From positions 138,142 through 202,141 of the forward strand of contig CAVSPZ010000002.1 of NCBI GenBank assembly GCA_963730015.1: a stretch of 64,000 nucleotides of DNA, in the 5' to 3' direction. The notes beneath the pieces are model-generated. The model was not told the DNA's origin and searched no databases. It saw only the letters and a list, made by a program, of their open reading frames with translations. Below, piece after piece: positions 24,361-34,110 of this stretch; positions within the stretch are counted from its first letter, which is position 1, and every line of letters begins with the position of its first letter. This stretch comes from an uncultured Acidobacteriota bacterium (GTDB lineage Bacteria; Acidobacteriota; Terriglobia; Terriglobales; Acidobacteriaceae). A program made the translations under genes and the position numbers.

Positions 24361-26031
24361 GTGGGCATGGCCAATGTCTTGAACGAAGAGAAGAAACAAC
24401 AAGTCTTAGCTCTGGGACGGCTGGGCTGGTCGCTGCGGCGCATCCAGCAAGCGACCCATGTCCGTCGGGAAACCGCCAGCGCTTATCTGAAAGCGGCCGG
24501 GATTGCAGTGCGTCTGCCCAGTGGTTGGGGGCGGGGCGAACCAAAACCGGCCAAGGAAGTGATCACCGACTCCGGTGCGGCAAAATCGGCCATTCCGGTG
24601 ATTCCCGATCCCCTCGACCCTAACTGCAACCCCAACCCCAAAAACCTTTCTAATAAGGGAAAAGCAAGAGCAACTTCAAAACCGGCCAACGAGAACGAGG
24701 TGATCACCGACTCTGCCGCGGTCCCCGGCGCCAGTGCCTGCGAGCCATACCGGGAAGCCATCGACTTGGGGATCAGCCGCGGCCGCAATGCCATGGCGAT
24801 CTGGCAGGATTTGGTTTCCGAGTACGGATTCGCCACCAGCTACCAAAGCGTGCAACGCTTCGTGCGGAAGCGGCGCGGAACGCAAACCCCCGAAGCCCGC
24901 GTCGTGATTGTCACCGCGTCCGGCCAGGAGGCGCAAGTCGATTACGGCACCGGCCCCATGGTGCGCGATCCCGAGAGCCGCAAGTATCGGCGCACCCGGC
25001 TGTTCGTGATGACGCTGGGCTGCAGCCGCAAGTCGGTTCGTCTGCTAACCTTCCGCTCCAGTTCGCGCATCTGGGCCGAACTGCACGAACGCGCCTTTCG
25101 CCGGCTGGGCGGAGCCACCCGCATCGTCGTGCTCGACAATCTGCGCGAGGGCGTGCTTGTCCCCGACATTTACGATCCCGCTCTCAATCCTCTCTATCGC
25201 GACGTGCTCGCGCACTACGGCGCAGTCGCCATGCCGTGCCGGATCCAAGATCCGGATCGCAAAGGCAAAGTCGAATCCGGCGTCGGTCATGCGCAGAAGA
25301 CACCGCTGAAAGGCTTGCGCTTCGAGACTCTGGAAGAAGCCCAAGCCTACCTCGATCACTGGGAACAACGCTGGGCCGACACGCGCATCCACGGCACCAC
25401 CAAACGGCAGGTCGCCGCCATGTTTGCGGAAGAGAAACCCACGTTGCTGCCACTGCCGCTGGAACCCTTTCGTTACTACCAGTACGGTGAGCGCATCGTG
25501 CATCTGGATGGTTGCGTCGAGGTCGAGGCCGCCTACTACGGCGCACCGCCAGGCTGGATCGGGCGCGTGCTGCGCGTGCAATGGGATGAGCTGTACGTTC
25601 GTCTGCTCGATCCTAAAACCGGGCAACTGCTGCGCGAACACGTGCGCCAGAAGCGCGGTTGGTATCGCATTAAAGAAGATGACCACCCCAAGCGAACACC
25701 ACTGCGTACCTCCCAACTGCTGTGGCGAGCCGGTCGTGCTGGGTCGCACATCGGTGCGCTCTGCGATGCCATCCACCACCAGCAAGGCGAGGTCGGTGTG
25801 CGCCGCATTCTCGGCGTTCTCTCCCTAGCCAAGAAGTACGGCACCGCGGCGGTCGATGAAGCCTGCGCCGCTGCGCTCGACATGGGAGTGCAGGAATACC
25901 GCTTCGTGCGTCGCTATCTGGAACGCTGCCCACAAGCCCCGCTGAGTTTGCAGCAAGTCGATCCTCTGATCCGCGAGCTGGTGCAATACCGCGACTTCAT
26001 CAACTACAGAACTAAGGAGATAGAAGAATGA
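24361..26031 (+). CDS. istA: IS21 family transposase IstA
   Basis: N-terminal HTH (LGWSLRRIQQATHVRRETASAYL). DDE core (QVDYG, VLDN, KGKVESGV). Typical IstA C-terminus. Confidence 0.9.
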   Translation: MGMANVLNEEKKQQVLALGRLGWSLRRIQQATHVRRETASAYLKAAGIAVRLPSGWGRGEPKPAKEVITDSGAAKSAIPVIPDPLDPNCNPNPKNLSNKGKARATSKPANENEVITDSAAVPGASACEPYREAIDLGISRGRNAMAIWQDLVSEYGFATSYQSVQRFVRKRRGTQTPEARVVIVTASGQEAQVDYGTGPMVRDPESRKYRRTRLFVMTLGCSRKSVRLLTFRSSSRIWAELHERAFRRLGGATRIVVLDNLREGVLVPDIYDPALNPLYRDVLAHYGAVAMPCRIQDPDRKGKVESGVGHAQKTPLKGLRFETLEEAQAYLDHWEQRWADTRIHGTTKRQVAAMFAEEKPTLLPLPLEPFRYYQYGERIVHLDGCVEVEAAYYGAPPGWIGRVLRVQWDELYVRLLDPKTGQLLREHVRQKRGWYRIKEDDHPKRTPLRTSQLLWRAGRAGSHIGALCDAIHHQQGEVGVRRILGVLSLAKKYGTAAVDEACAAALDMGVQEYRFVRRYLERCPQAPLSLQQVDPLIRELVQYRDFINYRTKEIEE

Positions 26032-26783
26032 ATCTGATCGAACTCGATCGTGCGCTCAAACAACTTCGCCTGGGCGGAATGGCCGCCGTGCTGGAGACCC
26101 GCCTGCGCCAGGCCCAGGCCGAACCGCTCGCCCCCATCGACCTGCTGTCGTGCCTGGTCTCCGACGAACTCGCCTTGCGTGGAGAACGCCTGCTGGAGCG
26201 GCGGAAAAAGCAAGCTCAGTTCCGCGACTCCCAGAAGACTCTCGACAACTTCGACTTCGCTTTCAACAAGAAGATGAATCGCGGCCTGGTCTTCGATCTC
26301 TCCACCGGCACCTTCATCTCGCGCCACGAAGATGCCCTGTTTCTCGGCCCACCCGGCACCGGCAAGAGTCACCTCGCACAAGCCATCGGCCAAGCCGCCA
26401 TCCAACAGGGATACCGCGTGCTCTATCGCGAGACCCACGCCTTGCTCGATGATCTCGCCGAAGCCACGCTCGACGGCACCCGCAAAGAGCACATGGAGTT
26501 CTTGGTGACCGTACCCTTGCTGATCATCGACGATCTCGGCATGCGCAAGCTGCCGCTCACCGCCGCTGAAGAACTGCTGGAAATCATCATGCGCCGCTAC
26601 GAGCGCGCCAGCACCATGCTGACCTCGAATCGCCCGGTGGAAGACTGGGGCAAACTGTTGGGCGATGCGGCCGCCGTGAGCGCCATGCTCGACCGCTTAC
26701 TGCATCACGGCCACGTGCTCAAGTGTGGCCCGCGGAGCTGGCGCACCAAAACCGACTTGCCACCACAGGAGGCGGCAGGGTAG
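26028..26783 (+). CDS. istB: IS21 helper ATPase IstB
   Basis: Walker A GPPGTGKSHLA and Walker B LLIIDDLG. The ATGA overlaps the istA stop. Confidence 0.9.
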   Translation: MNLIELDRALKQLRLGGMAAVLETRLRQAQAEPLAPIDLLSCLVSDELALRGERLLERRKKQAQFRDSQKTLDNFDFAFNKKMNRGLVFDLSTGTFISRHEDALFLGPPGTGKSHLAQAIGQAAIQQGYRVLYRETHALLDDLAEATLDGTRKEHMEFLVTVPLLIIDDLGMRKLPLTAAEELLEIIMRRYERASTMLTSNRPVEDWGKLLGDAAAVSAMLDRLLHHGHVLKCGPRSWRTKTDLPPQEAAG

Positions 26784-26857
26784 AACATTCTCAGTCCCGA
26801 ACGGCCAATCCCGTTGGCCGGTTTTGAAGTGATAACCGTTGGCCGCTTTTGAAGTGA

Positions 26858-26956
26858 TCACTGAGGCGACGGGAAAGCTCTCGCATAATCGAATAAGGCA
26901 GGCGCACCGCTGGAGACAACCAAGGTCTTTAGAAATCTACGACGCGTGTCTGCCAT
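26858..26956 (-). pseudogene. 5' fragment of a Tat-signal protein gene cut by the IS21 right end
   Basis: MADTRRRFLKTLVVSSGAP is a twin-arginine signal peptide. The reading frame runs into the IS21 terminus after about 30 codons. Confidence 0.35.
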
Positions 26957-27088
26957 GATGCGAAGTCCTCCGTGTAATGGGAAACCGTCTGCCCCACAGG
27001 ATGTTACGGGTAGACTTGGCTGAGGGTCAATGTAAGCCGACTCGTGAGTTAGTCGCCTTCCGAAGGAATAAAGACGCAACGGCACATA

Positions 27089-27265
27089 TCACAACGCGTT
27101 CCGGATGAGCCTTACCGCTGCGTCAGGATCGTCCACTTCCACGACCAACTCGTTGTACCGCTCGTCATGCAGGTCAATCACGATGGTCTTCTCCGGGTGG
27201 TGTACATCCCAGAAGACCCGCTTGCCGTCCTGATAGAAGATTCCCGCCGTGATAACTCCGGGCAC
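27089..27265 (-). CDS. small conserved hypothetical protein
   Basis: ..GVITAGIFYQDGKRVFWDVHHPEKTIVIDLHDERYNELVVEVDD.. Start uncertain: GTG at 27265 was chosen to avoid overlapping the TlpA-like gene, and the ORF track allows up to 27418. Confidence 0.3.
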   Translation of the reverse strand: MPGVITAGIFYQDGKRVFWDVHHPEKTIVIDLHDERYNELVVEVDDPDAAVRLIRNAL

Positions 27266-27284
27266 ATTGGTTCCACGGATGGCT

Positions 27285-28187
27285 CTACATGCGATCTTTG
27301 AGCGCAGTCGAAATCTCTTGAGCAAGATTGGATTCGAGCCGCTCTGAGCCATCGTAACCATCATGGATGAATCGAACGCGTCCGCTGGCGTCCAGCAATA
27401 CCAGAGTGGGATACCCATTTACTCCCAGTTGGACTGCGCTTGCATTTTCTGTGAATGCGACCGGGAGTTTTAATCGCATCTTCTTAGCGAAGGCTTGCGC
27501 TATTTCCTCTGTGTCTCCTCCGGCGTGTGCGTCAACCGCCCAGAAAAGTACATCTCCACTGCTCCTGTAGGAGGCATAAACCTTTTCGATTCTTGGCAAT
27601 TCCTGCCAGCAGGGTTCACACCATGTGGCCCAAAACGCTAGGACGACAACCTTGCCTTTCAGTGCGGAAGAACTGACGACTTTACCATCTTCGGTGGTCA
27701 GGGAGAATTCGGGCGCAGGCGTGTCCACGTGCTTGCCTGAAAGCATTCCCATTAGCGGAGGCAACACAAACATCGAAGCGGAGACAATGAGAGCGAGCGC
27801 AGAGAGCAAGAAATTGACGCCTGTTACTCGCCTGCCCCGTGCCCAATTCCGTCGAGCTTGGACTCCGCATAGGGTCATAAGCGTCGAGATCGCAAAGAAT
27901 ATAGCGAGCACTAGGTTCGCTCCGAAGGCGATGCCGAAAAAGGAAAGAATTAGAACTGGAACAGCCATTCCAGAAATGATTAAGACACCCTTCATCCAAG
28001 GCTCTTGCGGTGCGCTCTTACCACGGAGGAGTCCCAATCCAGCGCAGAGTGAGCCGCCGACGATGAAGAACCAGCGAAGATCGAACTTGATGTTGGTCCC
28101 GAAGACGAGAACCATGAACAGGACTAAACCCACAAAGCCTGTGAGCACATCGAGCAGCCCGGATTTCAAGGGAGATGAAATTGTCAT
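27285..28187 (-). CDS. membrane-anchored TlpA/ResA-like thiol:disulfide oxidoreductase
   Basis: Several N-terminal TM helices, then a thioredoxin fold with VVLAFWATWCEPCWQELP. GGAGAA precedes the ATG at 28187. Confidence 0.8.
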   Translation of the reverse strand: MTISSPLKSGLLDVLTGFVGLVLFMVLVFGTNIKFDLRWFFIVGGSLCAGLGLLRGKSAPQEPWMKGVLIISGMAVPVLILSFFGIAFGANLVLAIFFAISTLMTLCGVQARRNWARGRRVTGVNFLLSALALIVSASMFVLPPLMGMLSGKHVDTPAPEFSLTTEDGKVVSSSALKGKVVVLAFWATWCEPCWQELPRIEKVYASYRSSGDVLFWAVDAHAGGDTEEIAQAFAKKMRLKLPVAFTENASAVQLGVNGYPTLVLLDASGRVRFIHDGYDGSERLESNLAQEISTALKDRM

Positions 28188-28347
28188 GGATTTCTCCAGC
28201 ACAATGGGATTGCGTGGATACGAGCATTCTGTGGAACAGATACGAACGCACGGTACTGTTGGTTCCGTCATTCCGGCGACCGATTCGGTGCGGCAACAGT
28301 AAGGGAAGTTCAGTGATGGGATGCGCCCTGAAGGTCGTTATCACTCG

Positions 28348-29298
28348 TCAATTCTGAGCGGCATCGACCGTGACCCCAAGCTGCTCCAGCGCCTCGGCAA
28401 GTTGTCGATAGATCGGCGCAGGATTGGACGCCTCAGGCGGCATGTGTCCGGCATGTCGGGCGGCTCTCGCCAGCCGAGTAAGGACGGCGGGAATCGCCTC
28501 CTCAGGGATGCCGGAAACCTTCGCCCCTCGGTAGTTGCTCAGAATTGACTGCACCGCTTTCGGCAGTCGCTTGGCATCCACGGCTCCATCCGAGAGCAGA
28601 TAGGGGAGTTTCCATGTATGGGGCTTTGAATGGTCACCGACAAAAGCAAAGCACGTTGCCGGAAGATGATACTTCGGATGAAGCAGGCATTCGGTGCCAT
28701 TTCCTGTACCCGCGTCCGGTGAGAGTTGGACAGGTTCTTCAGGCAAGATTCGAAGCTCGGCTGCCCCGTTGGACTCCCGCTCCCGCCAGATTCCCTGCAC
28801 GCTCAACCACCACAGGTCGAGTGGCGGCTCGCTTGCGGACAAGGAGACAAACACTCGGTCTCGCAGCCCGCCATCGGCAATATTCGCTGCATAAAGCATG
28901 ATGCCGTCGCTGACCGCAACGGCTGTGATCTTTTGTTCATCCGCGTAACGCATCGCCTGAGCAAGTGCGCTTTCGACTGCACGGCGGCTCCAAGCCAGTG
29001 AGCCGGGTCGTTTCACTTCGACGACAAGCCGCTTGATTCCATGGTCGGTTAGCACAACATCCGCGTGCTCGACCTGATTGTTGAAATCGGACAGCGGCCA
29101 ATCCAGCACCGCCGTGAACAAATCCTCCAGTATGTTCTCAGCAACCTTTTCACATGCCTCACCGAGCCTGCGCTGTTGTTCGAGGCGCTCGTCTCTCTTA
29201 CTCAGGAAGTCCTGCCAAGCCACCTGAATACGCCCAGTACAGTGGCGATGGGATGCGAGGTTCGCAAGATGCTGAAGTTCGTGGTCAACAGTTGCCAC
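28348..29298 (-). CDS. HsdR-N-like PD-(D/E)xK nuclease domain protein
   Basis: HADVVLTDHGIKRLVVEVKRPG matches the D..(E)VK core of type I restriction enzyme R N-terminal-like domains. The C-terminal 150 aa are unknown. Confidence 0.5.
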   Translation of the reverse strand: MATVDHELQHLANLASHRHCTGRIQVAWQDFLSKRDERLEQQRRLGEACEKVAENILEDLFTAVLDWPLSDFNNQVEHADVVLTDHGIKRLVVEVKRPGSLAWSRRAVESALAQAMRYADEQKITAVAVSDGIMLYAANIADGGLRDRVFVSLSASEPPLDLWWLSVQGIWRERESNGAAELRILPEEPVQLSPDAGTGNGTECLLHPKYHLPATCFAFVGDHSKPHTWKLPYLLSDGAVDAKRLPKAVQSILSNYRGAKVSGIPEEAIPAVLTRLARAARHAGHMPPEASNPAPIYRQLAEALEQLGVTVDAAQN

Positions 29299-29501
29299 GG
29301 TGCGCCTCCCCTACGCCGCTGCTGAAATAGTAAGCAGGAAAACGGTTGCTGTGAAGCCGAAAAGTCCGGCTTGGCTGTCCAAAGTCACATCGGATCGGTC
29401 TCGCCTAAGCCGAGGGGCGCGGTCTAAAGCGATCTTGGGTTCGACCGTGCGTCCCTCCGCGTGTCGAACGCTCCACGAGTCGGCGGTCTGGCGTATCATC
29501 A

Positions 29502-29768
29502 GTGACCATGATCAGACCCATCACTCTGCTGGGTACGAAACGTAGACGCGGCAATCCCAACTGGGGTCAGCCGCCGCAACGTTTCCCTGTTGTTCCGACC
29601 GAGTTCGAAATACTGGTCAAACGGCTAGGACTCACCAAGCTGGAGTACGTTTCATCGGCTGAGCTAAAGAGCTGGTGTCAGCACAACCGGAATCGGGTCT
29701 ACGTTCCTGAGTGGCTACTTGACGCGTGGGGTATACAGGTCGAAGCGATCTTTAGCGGTGTGGCTTAA
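29502..29768 (+). CDS. hypothetical protein
   Basis: 88-aa ORF. No recognisable motif. Confidence 0.3.
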   Translation: MTMIRPITLLGTKRRRGNPNWGQPPQRFPVVPTEFEILVKRLGLTKLEYVSSAELKSWCQHNRNRVYVPEWLLDAWGIQVEAIFSGVA

Positions 29769-29798
29769 CCCCGGCGTCAGAGGCAACGCGCTTCCAGT

Positions 29799-30176
29799 TC
29801 AGGTCGGTCGAACAGCGACCGCTACATCGAACTTCGAATAATACTTCTTCACGTCGCTCGCGCCGTACTTCTCACGAAACTTCTCAACCACGGATTTCAC
29901 AGCTTTGGCTTCGGTGATAGAAACGGCTCTGAATTCAGCCTCCGCGCCTCGCGCATCAATCCGAATCGCCGGGTTCTTGAGCACGTTCTTGTACCACTGC
30001 GTGTCCGATCCTTTCACGGGCAAGAGATAGAGCATCTCGCCTTCCAGCGCGAACCAGACGGGGATCGCGATCTTCCTGCCGATCACGCTCAGCTTGATCT
30101 GGCGGTAGCGGGCGAGGCGTTCTTTGAAGTCGTCACTCTTTCTTGGCATCCCTTCCTTCTGCCTCATCGTAGCCAA
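29799..30176 (-). CDS. deazaflavin-dependent nitroreductase-like (DUF385-type) protein
   Basis: IPVWFALEGEMLYLLPVKGSDTQWYKNVLKNPAIRI resembles the split-barrel F420H2-dependent reductase family. Confidence 0.5.
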   Translation of the reverse strand: MATMRQKEGMPRKSDDFKERLARYRQIKLSVIGRKIAIPVWFALEGEMLYLLPVKGSDTQWYKNVLKNPAIRIDARGAEAEFRAVSITEAKAVKSVVEKFREKYGASDVKKYYSKFDVAVAVRPT

Positions 30177-30225
30177 CCAACACCGATGCCGTATCCTATA
30201 TCACCACAGCCAAGGGAGGCAGAGA

Positions 30226-31251
30226 ATGCGAAAAGTTCTTGGTCTAGCACTGGTAGCTATTGCCGTCTTGACAGCGCAATTATCCGCGCAAAGTGCTTCG
30301 AAAGCTGCACAGCCTGCTCCGCTGGTTTTGACAGGTGCCATCCCTCTTGAAAACGTCCGTGGACGCATTGACCACTTCGGCTTCGATCCGAAGAACAGGC
30401 TTTTCGTCTCTGCCCTCGGCAACAATACTGAGGAGGTCATCGATCTCAGCGCCCAACGGGTGGTTCACACCATCTCCGGAGTTCCCGTGCCTCAAGGCGT
30501 CGTGTATTCGCCTGAGACAAACAAGCTGTTCGTTGCGAGTACCAAAGGCAAGCTCTACATCTACGACGGAACCACCTTTGACCTGATAACCACGATTGAT
30601 TTCCACGGAGATGCCGACAACCTTCGGTACGACCCGGCAGAAAAGCGTGTGTATGTGGGCTATGGAGATGATGAGACTGCGGCAATCGGCATGGTTGACG
30701 CAACCACAAACAAGCGTCTGGACGAAGAGTTCAAGACTGGGGCACACCCGGAGTCTTTCCAACTCGAAACGTCAGGCTCGAACATTTATGTGAATCTCCC
30801 TGACCTCAAGCAGATTGCGGTAATCAACCGGAAGAGCCATGCAATTTCGCGATGGCCGCTTTCTCTGGGTGCAAACTTCCCGATGGCGCTGGATGAGTCG
30901 GACGACAGACTGTTCATTGCCAGCCGCGCACCCTCCAGAATGGCGGTATTCAACACGAAATCGGGGCAACTCGTTACGGCGCTTCCTTGTGCGCAGGATG
31001 CGGACGATCTCTATTACGACTCCGCACGCAGGCGGATATACGTGACAGGTGGGGAGGGCTACATCAGTGTCTTCCAGCAGAAGGATGCCGACCACTACTC
31101 GCTTCTCGCAAAGGTGCCGTCATCCTTGGGCGCACGCACGTCTGGATATTTTGGAAAGGTGGGAAAGAAGGGCTTTGACCGCTTGTACGTCGCGGTTCCT
31201 GCTCGCGGCAATCACGGTGCTGAGATTCGGATATATACGGTGCAGGATTGA
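30226..31251 (+). CDS. secreted YVTN-type beta-propeller repeat protein
   Basis: Signal peptide MRKVLGLALVAIAVLTAQLSAQ after a GGGAGG SD. Repeated ..RVYVG/..KLFVAS/..RIYVTG blades. Confidence 0.7.
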   Translation: MRKVLGLALVAIAVLTAQLSAQSASKAAQPAPLVLTGAIPLENVRGRIDHFGFDPKNRLFVSALGNNTEEVIDLSAQRVVHTISGVPVPQGVVYSPETNKLFVASTKGKLYIYDGTTFDLITTIDFHGDADNLRYDPAEKRVYVGYGDDETAAIGMVDATTNKRLDEEFKTGAHPESFQLETSGSNIYVNLPDLKQIAVINRKSHAISRWPLSLGANFPMALDESDDRLFIASRAPSRMAVFNTKSGQLVTALPCAQDADDLYYDSARRRIYVTGGEGYISVFQQKDADHYSLLAKVPSSLGARTSGYFGKVGKKGFDRLYVAVPARGNHGAEIRIYTVQD

Positions 31252-31500
31252 TCGGAAGGGCGTACTGAGGACAAAGGGAAGGGCGGTCTTGACTGCTGGT
31301 TCGAACCTTTACTGGCTGACCACCGCTCGCCAAGGCAAAACAGGGGGCGAAAGTCCGCGAAAAATGAGGGCGCTGGCGCACCCCTTTCGAACCACCGATG
31401 AAAAGAGGGGCTTAGGCTCTAGAACAGCCGCACGGCTTTCTCCGGGCGGCCTCTCGGAGAGCAGACTGCAATCATTCTTGTGCTCACCAAGTAAACGGAA

Positions 31501-31740
31501 TCACGCGGCTTCGCTATGCTGCCAAGCGGTTCTGAACGCACGCAAGGCATAGAGTGCGTCTTCCAAGGCTTCCTTTTCTTCCGGTATTCCGTTTCCGTAA
31601 AAGATTTCGCGTCCACGCACTCTCACGGCTTCTTCAGCTTCCGAGACTCGCTGTGGGAGAAGCATCTTGTTGGTTTCCAGAATAGCGGCACTGTACAAGG
31701 TCTTCCAGCGATTCAGGCATGGGGGGAATGCCGTGGTCAT
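31501..31740 (-). CDS. hypothetical protein
   Basis: 79-aa ORF from the internal ATG. No motif. Confidence 0.3.
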   Translation of the reverse strand: MTTAFPPCLNRWKTLYSAAILETNKMLLPQRVSEAEEAVRVRGREIFYGNGIPEEKEALEDALYALRAFRTAWQHSEAA

Positions 31741-31875
31741 GACTAGACTCCATCCGAGAAGATTTTGAGGGCTTGCCTGCTGCTTTGGTAGGTAGAGGTC
31801 TTCTACTTTCACCATAGTCCAATCACGGCAGAAGTCAAGCCGGAAAGGCAGTCCCCTCGCGCATACAATGACGGC

Positions 31876-32607
31876 ATGAAAGACCTGAAAAATCGAGTTG
31901 CGCTTGTGACTGGCGGCAGTCGAGGAATTGGAGCCGCAGTCGCCGTGGAATTAGCTAGGGCTGGTGCCGATGTCGGCGTCAACTTCCGTGAGCGGGCGGA
32001 CGCCGCGAATGCGGTCTGCGGCGAAATCAAAAAGTTCGGGAAGAAGGCAATCGCGGTTCAGGCCGACGTGTCAGTTGCCGCCCACGTGAGACGCATGGTC
32101 GCAGATGTTGAAGCGCAACTCGGCGGCATCGACATCCTCGTGAACAACGCTGCTATCGCCCACCCGTGCAAACTGGAGGAGATCACCGAGGCGGAATGGG
32201 ACGAGGTACTCACGGTCAATCTGAAGTCGGTTTTTTTGGTGACTCAGGCAGTGATCGGCGGGATGCGGCAAAGAAAATGGGGGCGCATCATCAATTTGTC
32301 CTCGGTTGCCGCCCAGACGGGCGGGGCTGTTGGAGCGCACTACGCCGCGTCCAAGGCCGGGATCATAGGGCTGACCCACTCCTGCGCCTCGGCGTTCATA
32401 CGAGAGGGGATCACCGTCCACGCCATTGCTCCCGCGTTGATCGAGACGGACATGGTGACCAGCAACCCGAATGCAAGTCCCGACCTGATTCCTATGGGGC
32501 ACTTCGGGTCGGTGGACGATGTAGCTTCGGTAGCCGTCATGCTGGCGACGAACGGCTACATGACCGGGCAGACGATTTCAGTGAATGGCGGCTGGTATAT
32601 GAGCTAA
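31876..32607 (+). CDS. fabG: SDR family 3-oxoacyl-ACP reductase-like oxidoreductase
   Basis: VTGGSRGIGAA cofactor motif, NNAA and the YAASKAG catalytic motif. Confidence 0.9.
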   Translation: MKDLKNRVALVTGGSRGIGAAVAVELARAGADVGVNFRERADAANAVCGEIKKFGKKAIAVQADVSVAAHVRRMVADVEAQLGGIDILVNNAAIAHPCKLEEITEAEWDEVLTVNLKSVFLVTQAVIGGMRQRKWGRIINLSSVAAQTGGAVGAHYAASKAGIIGLTHSCASAFIREGITVHAIAPALIETDMVTSNPNASPDLIPMGHFGSVDDVASVAVMLATNGYMTGQTISVNGGWYMS

Positions 32608-32647
32608 GGAAAGGAAAATCGCTAAAGAAAAACCACCACTGGAGAGG

Positions 32648-33436
32648 CTATTCGGCTGGGAAAAGTTCATCGAACAAACGATTGAGTAGCTGATCGTATG
32701 CGAGTGAGCCGTGCTCTTGCAGGTAGCGGCGTTCCGCAGAACGAACTGGATTATCGTCTGCATGTGCTGCCAGCAGAACACTCGCCTTCCTCTGTTGCGT
32801 AGAGCCTGCTACGCGGTTCTTGACCTGCTCGGACACCAGCACGCCTCTTCTCACACGGTCGCGTGCGCTACGCAGATTTTGGAACCGATCAAGGTCGTAA
32901 ATGACTCGGATCGCCTCAATCGCCCGGCAGTCGTCCGCGACTTTCCCATCTGTTCCTACCGCATAGATGTTCGGCATCGTCCAGATCGTCTGGTTATCCC
33001 GAGCCCACAGAAGTAGAGCGACCGTGCGCTCTGCGTCACGCATGTTATGAATCTCGGCGGCAGTGACGAAAGTCTCCTCCGGCGCTCCAATCTCGCGAAC
33101 GTACTGGTTCCACACATCGACAATGCGCTGCTCAGGGATGCGGTTGGCAGGGCTGCGAGCAGATTGGTGTTCGGCTTTGGCGACTCGCTGGTTGATGCCG
33201 CTGGCGAGCCACGCAGACGGCATTTCCTTGGAGAACAGAGCCGCGATCTCTTCAACGATAGCTTTGGCATCCGCCTCCGACTGAACTTGCGCGGCAAGAT
33301 CGTTGATCCGGATAGCGGCCTGTCTGTGCCGCTCATATTCTTCATGAGCACGCTGCTGCATATTCGTCGCGGAATCAGCCGAGCCGCCGTTCTGCTGACC
33401 CGCAAGAAGTAGTGCCAAGGCTAGGAAAAGCACCAT
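32648..33436 (-). CDS. secreted hypothetical protein
   Basis: Start at MVLFLALALLLAG (signal-like) avoids overlap with 33501..34109. No domain recognised. Confidence 0.45.
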   Translation of the reverse strand: MVLFLALALLLAGQQNGGSADSATNMQQRAHEEYERHRQAAIRINDLAAQVQSEADAKAIVEEIAALFSKEMPSAWLASGINQRVAKAEHQSARSPANRIPEQRIVDVWNQYVREIGAPEETFVTAAEIHNMRDAERTVALLLWARDNQTIWTMPNIYAVGTDGKVADDCRAIEAIRVIYDLDRFQNLRSARDRVRRGVLVSEQVKNRVAGSTQQRKASVLLAAHADDNPVRSAERRYLQEHGSLAYDQLLNRLFDELFPAE

Positions 33437-33500
33437 CGTGGAAAATCCCGAAGCGTTTTCAAACCAGACGGTCAATAATAAGCCGAAAGGCCGTTGGCGA

Positions 33501-34109
33501 TCAGCAACATCCGCAGGGCTTGCCCCGCATAGCTTCCCGCCCTTCCCAAACCACGAGCGGAACAATCGCTAACGCCGCAATCGAGTCCGCCCACGCCACG
33601 CGCCAAACAGCATTCACAACCAATCCCACCAAGGCGATTAGGGAAAGGTATCCGCACAGTGCCGACTCCGCTGCGTCCGCTCTGAGTGCTGCACTGCCAG
33701 TCTGGGCTGACAATCGCCGTTTCTCTCTCGCGAGCAACGGCATGAACGCGGCTGCGGCTATCAGAACCGCGATCCCCAGAAGCGTGGGCTTGGGTTCGCT
33801 GTATCCGAGCAGTGCCATAACCGAGGCGAGCACGACACATGCAGCGAGGGCGAACAGCAGTCCTCCCGCGATCCGGGCTGCTCTGCGCTCGGCGTGTTCT
33901 TGCGCAGCACTGGCGCGGAATCGCCAAAGCACAACGACCGCTGACATGAGTTCAACGGCACTGTCTCCACCGAACGCAAGCAGTGCAGGACTCCGTGCCC
34001 GCCATGCGGCAAAGAGTGATACCGCAGCCTCGACACTCATCCAAGCGATTGTGATTACCTGAACTCGCTGGATGCGCCGGACAGTGGCTTGAGTTGTGAT
34101 CTGCGGCAT
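33501..34109 (-). CDS. cation-efflux (CDF-like) membrane protein
   Basis: Six hydrophobic segments, GGDSAVELMS and ADAAES patterns as in cation diffusion facilitator TM domains. C-terminal CGCC. Confidence 0.5.
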   Translation of the reverse strand: MPQITTQATVRRIQRVQVITIAWMSVEAAVSLFAAWRARSPALLAFGGDSAVELMSAVVVLWRFRASAAQEHAERRAARIAGGLLFALAACVVLASVMALLGYSEPKPTLLGIAVLIAAAAFMPLLAREKRRLSAQTGSAALRADAAESALCGYLSLIALVGLVVNAVWRVAWADSIAALAIVPLVVWEGREAMRGKPCGCC

Positions 34110-34110
34110 G

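Larger units (their letters stand above)
24260..26867 (+). mobile_element. IS21 family insertion sequence
   Basis: istA-istB pair. Termini GCCTCAGCGATCAC... (left) and ...GTGATCACTGAGGC (right) are inverted. Each end carries two copies of the AAAACCGGCCA-type repeat. No matching target duplication seen. Confidence 0.85.

Noticed and set aside
25045-25785. 246-aa minus-strand ORF inside the IS21 element.
   Set aside because: It is antisense to istA, which has unmistakable transposase motifs. No features of its own.
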